From the NCBI GenBank assembly GCA_963664225.1, contig OY760937.1, positions 4,192,001-4,256,000 of the forward strand: a DNA stretch of 64,000 nucleotides, written 5' to 3'. Both the position numbers and the translations under genes were made by a program. Shown here piece after piece: positions 1 through 9,041 of this stretch; position 1 is the stretch's first letter, and each line of letters opens with the position of its first letter. This stretch comes from Verrucomicrobiia bacterium. Lineage in GTDB: Bacteria; Verrucomicrobiota; Verrucomicrobiia; Limisphaerales; UBA1319. Below the pieces are notes generated by a model. That model ran no database searches, was not told the DNA's origin, and worked only from the letters and a program-made list of their open reading frames with translations.

Positions 1-738
1 CTGACCTGTCATCACCTCGATGACCCGCGTCATTGCCGGCTTCCGTTTTATGTCCTGTATGGCGGAGCGGAACCGTTGATCAGGGGTGGCGAGAAGCCTG
101 AAGAAATACTGGCCGGGAAATCGCGGTTTTGCTCGTTTGTGGTCAGCGGCCACAATCGGCGCAAGAACGGGAACCGGGTGCAGTTTTTTCAAAAACTCTC
201 CCGTTACAAGAAGGTCGATTCCGGGGGACGCCTGCTCAACAATATTGGCGGGCCCATTCCCGGTTGGTCTGCAGGGAAGCTGGAATTCCTGCGGGCCTAC
301 AAGTTCAACATCGCATTTGAAAACATGTCCATTCCGGGTTACACGACGGAGAAACTTTACGAGGCCATGCATGCCCGTTGCCTGCCCATTTATTGGGGCG
401 ATCCGCTGGTGAGCCGGGATTTTAATCCGCGCAGTTTTCTCAACCGGGTTGATTTCCCGAGCGATGAGGCGTTGATCGAAAAGGTCATCGAACTGGACCG
501 CGACGACGCCAAATATCTGGAATACGCGCGGCAGCCATATTTTCATCAGGACAAGCCCAATGAGTATTTCGATCGCGAACGCCTGTTAAAATTCTTTGAG
601 CGCATTTTTTCCACGCCGATCACGCCCAACGGGCAGAGGAAGCGATTTTTTTCCCCGGGACGATGGGTGATGGCGAAAAAATATCATCGCCACACGGTGA
701 CCTTTCTCGACGGGACCGAACCCACCGCTACGAAATGA
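1..738 (+). CDS. Glycosyltransferase family 10 (alpha-1,3/4-fucosyltransferase-like), 5' truncated by the window edge
   Basis: Frame open from base 1; GT10 motif YKFNIAFEN...GYTTEKLYEAM...PIYWG. Confidence 0.85.
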   Translation: MTCHHLDDPRHCRLPFYVLYGGAEPLIRGGEKPEEILAGKSRFCSFVVSGHNRRKNGNRVQFFQKLSRYKKVDSGGRLLNNIGGPIPGWSAGKLEFLRAYKFNIAFENMSIPGYTTEKLYEAMHARCLPIYWGDPLVSRDFNPRSFLNRVDFPSDEALIEKVIELDRDDAKYLEYARQPYFHQDKPNEYFDRERLLKFFERIFSTPITPNGQRKRFFSPGRWVMAKKYHRHTVTFLDGTEPTATK

Positions 739-742
739 TCCC

Positions 743-1936
743 ATGAGCGCGCGCCTGCTGTATCTGGGTTTCGCTTTCCCCCCGGGAATGCAGCATCTGC
801 ACCCGGGATTAAACCCGGCGGGACACAACTTCGAGACCGGATTGATGCGAGCGTTTCCGGAAGGTTGGGACATTCGTTCGGTCGGCGTCCTGCCCGTTGA
901 ACCGCCTGCAACGCTCGATGCGGCCAAATCCCTGGGACTGCCGCATTCGCTGGTTTTGCTGGATCGCAAGCCGGAGCATATCCATCGGCGGCTTGGCCTG
1001 TGGCGTCTGATCCGTGCCTACCAACAATGGGAGCGCGAGGGCTGGGTTCCCGATGCGATCCTCGTTTACAATCTCTCGCCTGTTTACAACGGCTTCATTC
1101 GGTGGCTGGAGCGTCGGAAACGACGCCCGAAATTGATTGTGCTTTTTGCGGACAGCTCGACCCTTGGACATCCCATGTCCTGGACCAAACGCTTGCGTTA
1201 CCGATTCAAACCGCTTGTATATCCCGACGAGGAAATGTTGCGGCTGTTCGATGGCGCCATTGCCCTGAGCCGTGATACAAAGTGGTTTTGGGATGCGAAC
1301 CGGATTCCGTGGTTGTGGATGCCCGGAGGCTGCGATCCGGCCTGGGCGCCTGCGGATTTTCCGCCCGACAAACACGACGAAGTTGCTTTTGGCTATTTTG
1401 GCGCGCTCGCGGCCCATTCCGGAATTCTGCCGCTGGTCGAGGCGTTTCTCGGAGCAAACCTCCTGGCGACACTGCATGTTTGCGGATACGGCCGGTTGGG
1501 TCCGGTGATTGAAGAATTGGCGCAAAAGCATTCCCGGCTCAAATATCACGGCTTGCTCGATCATCCAGCCGATTGCCTGGCGCTGGCTCAAAGCTGGGAC
1601 GTGCTGGTTAATCCCCGCCCGTGCGGTTGGGGCAACGAAAACAATTTTCCATCGAAAGTATTTCAATACGCCATGGCCGGACGCGCGATTCTTACAACCC
1701 GGCTTGCGGGCGTGGATGATGTGTTGGGAGAGGACGCGTTCTATCTGGAAGACGGCGATTTTGCGAGGACCATGCCGACCCTGCTGCAACGGCTCTCGAA
1801 ATGGCCGCGACTGGACTTGCGCTTACGGGGGAGCCGCCTCCGCACGCGCATGATGGAACACTACTCCTGGCGTGTTCAGGCGGGCCGTATTGCGGAGTTC
1901 ATTCTATTTAAAATCAGCAGCCCGGATGGCTGTTAA
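743..1936 (+). CDS. GT-B glycosyltransferase (family 4-like)
   Basis: C-terminal DVLVNPR...NFPSKVFQYAMAGRAILTT motif; lies in a GT cluster. Confidence 0.8.
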   Translation: MSARLLYLGFAFPPGMQHLHPGLNPAGHNFETGLMRAFPEGWDIRSVGVLPVEPPATLDAAKSLGLPHSLVLLDRKPEHIHRRLGLWRLIRAYQQWEREGWVPDAILVYNLSPVYNGFIRWLERRKRRPKLIVLFADSSTLGHPMSWTKRLRYRFKPLVYPDEEMLRLFDGAIALSRDTKWFWDANRIPWLWMPGGCDPAWAPADFPPDKHDEVAFGYFGALAAHSGILPLVEAFLGANLLATLHVCGYGRLGPVIEELAQKHSRLKYHGLLDHPADCLALAQSWDVLVNPRPCGWGNENNFPSKVFQYAMAGRAILTTRLAGVDDVLGEDAFYLEDGDFARTMPTLLQRLSKWPRLDLRLRGSRLRTRMMEHYSWRVQAGRIAEFILFKISSPDGC

Positions 1937-2088
1937 TGGAATTTTATTCCAATATTGCCAATCCAGATTTTGATGAGCAGAGTTGTTTGGGTAATATCGG
2001 AAACATGCCATGTCCACGGTCCATTAATGGGAGAAAATAAGAACGCAAAATGGAAGCGAAGAGTTGGGTTTGAGGTCGTAAACTATTT

Positions 2089-3297
2089 ATGAAAACCCCC
2101 TATTTCAGCGTGGTTATTCCAACCAAAGGGCGCAGTTTTCTGATGGCTGGCGCCATCGAGAGTGTGCTTCGCCAGACTTTTTCCGACCTCGAGCTTATCG
2201 TATGCGACAACGATGATGGCGAGGCCACGCACGAGGTGGTGGCCAGGTTTAACGATCCTCGGTTGCGTTATCACCGCACTGGAAATTTATCCATGCCTGA
2301 CAACTGGGACAACGGTTTTGCCCAGGCGCGTGGCGAATACCTGCTCATCCTGGAGGATAAACAGGCCTTCAAATTGCGGTCGCTGGAGCGCATTCATCGC
2401 GCGACGGAAAAGGAGCGACCGGAATGTCTTCGTTGGCTTGTGGATTGGCTGGATGACACAGGAACGATGACTTTCGTGGATCGTCCAAAAACAACGGGCG
2501 CTGTGCGTCTAATGCGGCCCAACGAAATACTTGAGCAGATCGCCCACCACGATCTGGATGCGGTCTCCCGATATCTGCCCATTGGACATTTTTCGGGGTT
2601 CCATCGCTCCCTGTGCGACAAAATCAGGAACGGCGCGATGCATCGCCTTTGCCCGCCAGTTTCGCCGGATTACACGCTGGGTTATCAAGCGGTGGCGTAT
2701 GCAGAAAGTGTCTTGTTTTTTGATGAGGCACTCGTGGCCTCGTCCCGGGTAAACAGCAATGGCCGCAGCTTCGTTCTTAAGAAAGGCGACCTGCGGCATC
2801 GATTTGTGAAGGAGCTTGGGGGAAGCGAGGATATCTTTTTCGATTGTTCGCCCGTCAAGGCCATCACGATTCCGGGCAGTATTTACAACGATTATTTGCG
2901 AGTGCGCCAGGCCGTGGGTGGACGGTTGCTTCAATACCCCATAAACTGGCCCAATTACTTTGCCGAGATCCATCGCTTTATCGTGGGCTGCCAGGAGAAC
3001 GGGGTGAACATGGATTCCGAACTGAAGGCCTGGGAAAAGGGGCTGCAATCCCAAACCGCCGATATTCAGGCGCGCGTGGCAGAAGCGCTTTGTGCCAAGG
3101 GGCCGATTTGGAAAGATAAGCTGCATTCCTTTACCAAAGGCATTCGACGAAAAACCGGATTGCTCGGATTGGAACACGCCTTCAAAGCGCGGCTGAACCT
3201 GATTTTTAAGCGAAAACTGGCGGGTCGTTTCACCAGCTTGTTTCAATACATCGAATGGGAAGATGCCCAGGCGAATGGATTGAGCCGCGAAAAGTGA
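2089..3297 (+). CDS. Glycosyltransferase family 2
   Basis: N-terminal FSVVIPT...AIESVLRQTFSDLELIVCDN; ARGEYLLILED. Confidence 0.85.
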   Translation: MKTPYFSVVIPTKGRSFLMAGAIESVLRQTFSDLELIVCDNDDGEATHEVVARFNDPRLRYHRTGNLSMPDNWDNGFAQARGEYLLILEDKQAFKLRSLERIHRATEKERPECLRWLVDWLDDTGTMTFVDRPKTTGAVRLMRPNEILEQIAHHDLDAVSRYLPIGHFSGFHRSLCDKIRNGAMHRLCPPVSPDYTLGYQAVAYAESVLFFDEALVASSRVNSNGRSFVLKKGDLRHRFVKELGGSEDIFFDCSPVKAITIPGSIYNDYLRVRQAVGGRLLQYPINWPNYFAEIHRFIVGCQENGVNMDSELKAWEKGLQSQTADIQARVAEALCAKGPIWKDKLHSFTKGIRRKTGLLGLEHAFKARLNLIFKRKLAGRFTSLFQYIEWEDAQANGLSREK

Positions 3298-3309
3298 CGG
3301 ACTGATCCC

Positions 3310-4716
3310 TTATGGTTGTTGGCGCGCCACACGCAGGTTGCCACGCGCCAGCGAGGCGAAGATGCCCGCGCAGCAGAGCAGTGCGAATACGCTGAAGGCC
3401 AGACGCATGCTCGTCACGAATTCCGGGGCCTGGCTGGCGGCGGGCACATCGCTTTTCATTTTCACGGCAAAGATCAGCATCACGATTCCCATGCTGAACA
3501 TCTGGCCTGTGAGCCGCATGGTACCCAGGGTTGCTGAGGCGATGCCATACCATTCCTTGCCCACCGAACTCATCACGGCATTCGTGTTCGGTGATGAGAA
3601 GAGCGCAAAGCCGATCCCAAGCAGTATGAGGTTCGCCAGGATGAAATTGGTGGTCAAGGGGCTGCGGTGCAGCGCGAACAGTGCAAGGCCGGTGGCGGTG
3701 AATCCCATCCCCAGCGAAGCCACATGGCGCGGTTCCAAACGGTCGGACATCGTTCCAGCCACGGGCGACAGCAGGGCCATCACAACGGGTTGAATCACCA
3801 GCATCAGACCCGCGCGTTGGGAGGTCAGGCGCAGAATGTCCTGGAGATAGAGGCTGAGGAGAAAAGTCACTGCGGCGGTGGCGCTGTAGTTGATCAATGC
3901 CGCGAGGTTGGACATGGCATAGACCGTGTTGTTGCGGAACAAATGCAGGTCCAAAACGGGGTTTGAAATCCGCGCTTCCCGGATCAGGAAAAGGCCCAAT
4001 ACCAGCGCTCCGCCAAGAACCGTCATCAAGCCGCTCCAGGTGGTGATGCGTGACATGCCCAGCATCAAACCGACAAACGAAACGCTGTAGAGGAGGGAAC
4101 CAGCCAGGTCGAACCGTTCGTTTCGCGGCTTCGGAACATCTTCGCGCACCTTCCAGGCAACCAGCCCGCACGCGCAAATGCCAATAAGGAAATTCACGAA
4201 GAAGATGCTTCTCCATCCAAATTGATGCGTGAGCATCCCGCCCAGAAACGGACCCATGGAAAGTCCCAGGTAAACGGAGGCCACATTGATTCCCAGCATC
4301 CGGCCACGTTGTGGCGGAGGGGTGGCTCCAGTGAGAATCGCCATGCTCGTGGCAAAAATCATCGAGGAGCCGATTCCCTGAAATGCGCGCAATGCAATGA
4401 GCATCCAGCCGGACGTTGACAACATCAGGCCGAACGAGGCGAGGGATATGATGACCATGCCCCGCAGGAACACCCGCCGTCTCCCATACAGATCGGCCCA
4501 TTTTCCAAACGGCACGAGCAGGACCGCCGCGGTGATGAGGAACGCGGTGGCCACCCAGCTCAGGAGCATGGCATCCATTTTGAACTCCGCACCGATCGAA
4601 GGCAGCGCAATATTAACCGCCGATCCCATGAACGGTGTCAAAAAAGAGGCCGCCACCGTCACCACCTGCGTGGCGCGGCATTCAGCCGGAGTCGGAGCCT
4701 GTAAAGTGTCACTCAC
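3310..4716 (-). CDS. MFS transporter (DHA2/EmrB-QacA-like)
   Basis: Motif A GKWADLYGRRR; SAVNIALPSI; many hydrophobic segments. Confidence 0.9.
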   Translation of the reverse strand: MSDTLQAPTPAECRATQVVTVAASFLTPFMGSAVNIALPSIGAEFKMDAMLLSWVATAFLITAAVLLVPFGKWADLYGRRRVFLRGMVIISLASFGLMLSTSGWMLIALRAFQGIGSSMIFATSMAILTGATPPPQRGRMLGINVASVYLGLSMGPFLGGMLTHQFGWRSIFFVNFLIGICACGLVAWKVREDVPKPRNERFDLAGSLLYSVSFVGLMLGMSRITTWSGLMTVLGGALVLGLFLIREARISNPVLDLHLFRNNTVYAMSNLAALINYSATAAVTFLLSLYLQDILRLTSQRAGLMLVIQPVVMALLSPVAGTMSDRLEPRHVASLGMGFTATGLALFALHRSPLTTNFILANLILLGIGFALFSSPNTNAVMSSVGKEWYGIASATLGTMRLTGQMFSMGIVMLIFAVKMKSDVPAASQAPEFVTSMRLAFSVFALLCCAGIFASLARGNLRVARQQP

Positions 4717-4875
4717 AATCCATTTACATTAGTTCCGCCATCAAAAGAAACGATTCAAATTTTACTCCTGCGAGGTGTCGAGGAAAATAAAGTGAGATAA
4801 CCTTAGGTTGAAGATGTTCTTATGTGATACACTTTCAAGTTCAGATTGAATTAATCTGAATAGCAGCAGTATATA

Positions 4876-5862
4876 ATGATGAAAACATGTAAAACTCGAA
4901 TTGGTATGATTATAAACAAGCGGTTCCTCATGGGGCTTTCCCTTGCGGTTGCCGCGATGTACCTGAGTAATGAGGTGGATGCGGTGCAATCGCCGGTGAA
5001 CCTTGGAACGGCAGGCAATTTTGCGATTCTGGCAAAATCAGGAATCTCAACAGTTCCTAATTCCGCGATTACTGGAGATATTGGAGTTAGTCCGATTGGC
5101 GCGACTGGCGTCACTGGATTTTCACTAATCCTTACCGCATCCAGTCCATTTGCGACCTCAACGCAGGTTACCGGAAAAGTTTACACGCCGGATTATGCGG
5201 ATCCAACCCCATCCAGGCTGACCACGGCCATTGGCGATATGCAAACCGCATTTACGGACGCCGCCGGACGAACCACGCCTGATTTCATCGAGTTGGGATC
5301 GGGTGAGATTGGCGGGCGAACGCTTGTGCCCGGTCTATACAAGTGGGGCACGGATGTCATGATATCATCGGATGTCACTCTAAACGGTGGACCTAACGAT
5401 GTCTGGGTATTCCAAATATCAGGCGGTATAACCGTCGCAAACGGTAAGAAAGTCATTCTTTCGGGCGGTGCGCAGGCCAAGAACATCTTTTGGCAGTCCT
5501 TCGGTGTTGTCTCCATTGGAACAACCGCTCACTTTGAGGGGATTGTCCTTTCTCAAACATCCATCAGCGTTGGCACTGGCGCATCGGTGAATGGCCGACT
5601 GCTGGCACAAACTGCGGTGACTCTTAATGCGAGTAACGTTACGGCTCCAACAGCAGCAGTTGCATCTCTCATATTGCAATCATCGGAATCCGTCACGGGT
5701 CCGTTCACGGACGCGGCGGGTCAGACCCTGAATCTTGCGACAAAGACAATATCAGCCCCTGCATCGGGTAATATGCATTATTACCGTATTCGTTCAGGAA
5801 CAGCTCTAAACATTGCAAGCATCACCATCTCAGGTGGCAATGTGGTAATAATCTACAATTAA
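4876..5862 (+). CDS. Secreted ice-binding family protein (DUF3494) with C-terminal extension
   Basis: VNLGTAGNFAILAKSGIS, GDIGVSP, PGLYKW, GAQAKNIFWQ, GRLLAQTAVTL; signal peptide; start uncertain. Confidence 0.9.
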   Translation: MMKTCKTRIGMIINKRFLMGLSLAVAAMYLSNEVDAVQSPVNLGTAGNFAILAKSGISTVPNSAITGDIGVSPIGATGVTGFSLILTASSPFATSTQVTGKVYTPDYADPTPSRLTTAIGDMQTAFTDAAGRTTPDFIELGSGEIGGRTLVPGLYKWGTDVMISSDVTLNGGPNDVWVFQISGGITVANGKKVILSGGAQAKNIFWQSFGVVSIGTTAHFEGIVLSQTSISVGTGASVNGRLLAQTAVTLNASNVTAPTAAVASLILQSSESVTGPFTDAAGQTLNLATKTISAPASGNMHYYRIRSGTALNIASITISGGNVVIIYN

Positions 5863-6234
5863 GGAAGTATTTCGGTTTCGTAGTGGCAGGCAGGCAATGA
5901 GGCGCGCACTACGGGACATGTCCTCGTTGCCTCATGGGCGACCAAAGGAACGGACCTCGGATGTTCGTTCACAGTTTTTCAAGATCCCTTCTCCAGTCAT
6001 TTTCTCCTGGGAAATCCCCCGCGCACGTTTTTAGATTTCCATTGTCTCTTTCCCTGGCACGCTGAAAGCCCCGGACTCCCATAAATCTTTTCCGATTCTA
6101 TTTTTCTGGATTATTCCATTAATCTGCGAATTTTCGTCCTGCACCCCGACCTTACACTGCAAATGGTTGGCCATATGACACGGGGTTTATTAGCATGCGC
6201 CACCATGCAAGGTTCACATTAACCGCGGGTCCAT

Positions 6235-7563
6235 ATGAAGGGGATTGTCGAAGACGCTTTTCAGGCAGAGCGGCAGATTACGCATCAGGCGTGCGGACAC
6301 ATGCTGACCAATACTGGCGTGTGGTCGCCGGATGGGCAGTGGATCGTATATGACGTTCGCGCTTCGGACGCGGTCTTTGACGGGACACGTATCGAATGCG
6401 TGCATGGTCAAAGCCGCGAGATGCGTTTGCTCTACGAATCCCGCCACGAAGCGGCCTGCGGAGTCGTCACGTTCCATCCGCAAAAAAATCAGGTGGTGTT
6501 TATCCATGGGCCGGAACACCCAGATAAGGAGTGGAGCTACGGGGCCTGTCATCGGCGTGGGGTGTTAGTGGATTGCAATAAGCCAGGTGCCGCGCGGAAT
6601 CTGGACGCCTGCAACATCGTGCCTCCGTTTACTGCCGGGGCGTTGCGGGGGGGCTCGCATGTGCATGTGTTCAGCGGAGACGGGAAATGGGTCAGCTTCA
6701 CGTATGAAGACCATGTGCTCGCGCCATTCGCCACTGAAACACCGGCACAAGACATGAACCTGCGGACGATTGGGGTGAGTGTTCCAGCGGGGGCGGTTCA
6801 GGTGCCCAGAAGTTACCCGCGCAATCACGATGGGGCGTTTTTTTCTGTGCTCGCCGTTCGCGTTACCGCTCATCCCAGACCCGGTTCGGATGAAATCATG
6901 CGCGCCTGTGAGGAAGGCTGGGTGGGCACGAACGGTTACCGTAAACCGGACGGCAGCTGGCAAAACAAGTCCCTTGCGTTTCAGGGGCATGTGGTCACAT
7001 CCAAGGGGCAAACGATCTCAGAAGTGTTCCTGGTCGATTTACCTGAGGATATGACGCGTCCCGGCGAGGGTCCACTGGAGGGAACGTCCACGCGACGGCC
7101 TTTTCCGCCGCGAGGTGCGGAGCAGCGCCGACTCACGTTCACCGAAGACCGCGTGCATCCCGGATTGCAGGGGCCGAGGCATTGGTTGCGCAGTTCGCCA
7201 GATGGCACGCGCATCGGTTTTCTCATGAAGGACAACGCGGGCATTGTGCAGCTCTGGACTATTTCACCAAATGGCGGAGAGCCAGTTCAAGTAACGGATC
7301 TGCCCTGGAGCATTGCCTCGGCATTTTCGTGGAGTCCGGCTGGTGCGCGTGTTGCGTTTATTGCCGACCAGAGCGTGATGGAAGTGGCAGTGGATACCGG
7401 GCGTTGCGCGCGATTGACTCCTCGCGGCACCGAAGAGGGCGCGCCGCTGCCATTTGCGTGCGTTTATTCACCCGACGGCCACAGTGTTGCGTATCTACGT
7501 CCTGTTGCGACGGGAGCGGAGAAGTGGAACCAGATTTTTTGTGTGAATACCGGGCGCGTGTGA
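6235..7563 (+). CDS. DUF3748/YidR-like protein with TolB-like propeller repeats
   Basis: LTNTGVWSPDGQWIVYDVR, GALRGGSHVHVFSGDG, PRHWLRSSPDG. Confidence 0.8.
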   Translation: MKGIVEDAFQAERQITHQACGHMLTNTGVWSPDGQWIVYDVRASDAVFDGTRIECVHGQSREMRLLYESRHEAACGVVTFHPQKNQVVFIHGPEHPDKEWSYGACHRRGVLVDCNKPGAARNLDACNIVPPFTAGALRGGSHVHVFSGDGKWVSFTYEDHVLAPFATETPAQDMNLRTIGVSVPAGAVQVPRSYPRNHDGAFFSVLAVRVTAHPRPGSDEIMRACEEGWVGTNGYRKPDGSWQNKSLAFQGHVVTSKGQTISEVFLVDLPEDMTRPGEGPLEGTSTRRPFPPRGAEQRRLTFTEDRVHPGLQGPRHWLRSSPDGTRIGFLMKDNAGIVQLWTISPNGGEPVQVTDLPWSIASAFSWSPAGARVAFIADQSVMEVAVDTGRCARLTPRGTEEGAPLPFACVYSPDGHSVAYLRPVATGAEKWNQIFCVNTGRV

Positions 7564-7611
7564 TGGCGGCGAATGCGTTCCGGCCTTATCTGGAGCGCAC
7601 GGAATCAAGAA

Positions 7612-8301
7612 TCACAGACTCTCGATGCTTCGCACATACTTCGAGAAGCGCGTCAGGCGGAAGGGGAACTTCCCGGCAATCTCCGCTGCATCATCCGCAT
7701 CCGTGGGATCGTATTTTAATTCCAAAACCATCCCGGGATTTGCTGAGTGCATGGGACGCAATGGAACGCTTGAATGCCGGGCGTCCATGGATTCAATCCG
7801 CCAATCGACCGTGAGCCGCACTTTGCGGTCGCCACTGCAAAAATAGCGTCGGCGGTAACGGTTCGCGACCCAGGGCACATGCTCGCGCATTTGGTAGCGC
7901 ACCATGGCGGGCAAAGCGCCCAGTGCCTTCTCAAACTGCGCGCGGTCGAATTCGCCGTCGAGGTCCAAAGCGGGCAGGGGATAAGTCACCTTTCGTCCCA
8001 CGGCGCCATGGCGAATCTTGAACTCCAGCGCGGGATGTTCATTCTCCCCGTGGAAATCTCCATACCAGCGCACGCGGATTTTCACACGGTTGGCCGCGCC
8101 GTTCACGTGGTCCGTATAATGGCGCAGATCCTGGGTATCGAAGTAGAGATTATTCACGCAGCGCTCAGGATAGACTTCACGAAAAAGTGCCGGATGGCGG
8201 CGCACCAGCCCCAGTAATGATTCCTGGGTGAATCCGTCGGGAACGAACTTTCGCTCGTAGCGCAGTAATGGAATTTTGTTCATCATCTCAAGACCTCTCA
8301 C
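7612..8301 (-). CDS. VTC/polyphosphate polymerase domain (CYTH-like) protein
   Basis: RYERKF, NLYFDT, KIRVRWY, LEFK, RLTVD, VLELKY, FSKY. Confidence 0.85.
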   Translation of the reverse strand: MRGLEMMNKIPLLRYERKFVPDGFTQESLLGLVRRHPALFREVYPERCVNNLYFDTQDLRHYTDHVNGAANRVKIRVRWYGDFHGENEHPALEFKIRHGAVGRKVTYPLPALDLDGEFDRAQFEKALGALPAMVRYQMREHVPWVANRYRRRYFCSGDRKVRLTVDWRIESMDARHSSVPLRPMHSANPGMVLELKYDPTDADDAAEIAGKFPFRLTRFSKYVRSIESL

Positions 8302-8984
8302 AAGGCCAGACCGCGCTCCTCCAGATAGCTCACCGTGACCTGACCATTCAACTCGCGCAGCGACCGGTTGAAATCCTCCATCTGGTTGACCCCTTCAAAA
8401 TCCACAAGGAAGGAGGCCTCCAATCTGTCCGGCGTTTCGTCCAAACGCTTCAGGCTCGCCTTGGCGCCGGATTCCTTGAACGCTTCGAGTATTTGTCCGG
8501 CGGTGACCTTGTCAGGCCCAGGACTGCTCACGGTGAGATAGAGGTTGGGCTGCGCGGGAGTGCGGCGGAAAAAGTGTTGCACCCCCACAATCAGAAGGAT
8601 GATCGCACAGGCGGCGCAGGTGATCAGCGTCTGATCAGCGCCAAGGCCCAGGCCAATGCTGATGGCCAGAAACAGGTAGGCCAGTTCCTCAGGCTCCTTG
8701 ATGGCGGCACGAAAGCGGACGATCGAGAGCGCGCCCACGAGGCCCAGCGAAAGCGCCAGCGAAGATTTTACGATGCTGATGATCAAGGTGGTGGTCAGCG
8801 TGAGCAAAAGGAAATTCCGCGCAAAGGCCCTGCGATTCGACAGCGCATGACCAAACCGGATGTAAGCCTGGCCGACCAGAAACGCCATTACGGCGGCCAA
8901 TACGAGATTAAGGGCGAAACCTGGAAGCGCGGTGGTTGTGCCCATGGTCCAGAATTGATTCATGGTTAATGAGTTTGTTTGCAT
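8298..8984 (-). CDS. DUF4956 membrane protein
   Basis: SLALSLGLVGALSIVRFRAAIKEPEELAYLF; overlaps the VTC gene. Confidence 0.85.
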   Translation of the reverse strand: MQTNSLTMNQFWTMGTTTALPGFALNLVLAAVMAFLVGQAYIRFGHALSNRRAFARNFLLLTLTTTLIISIVKSSLALSLGLVGALSIVRFRAAIKEPEELAYLFLAISIGLGLGADQTLITCAACAIILLIVGVQHFFRRTPAQPNLYLTVSSPGPDKVTAGQILEAFKESGAKASLKRLDETPDRLEASFLVDFEGVNQMEDFNRSLRELNGQVTVSYLEERGLAL

Positions 8985-9041
8985 GCGTGCGTTATTGTGA
9001 TTTTGTAATTACTCGGCGGCTATACATCCCGGGCCTCACCA

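Noticed and set aside
5960..6165. Pyrimidine-rich intergenic stretch as an IS remnant
   Set aside because: No convincing inverted repeats or transposase fragment
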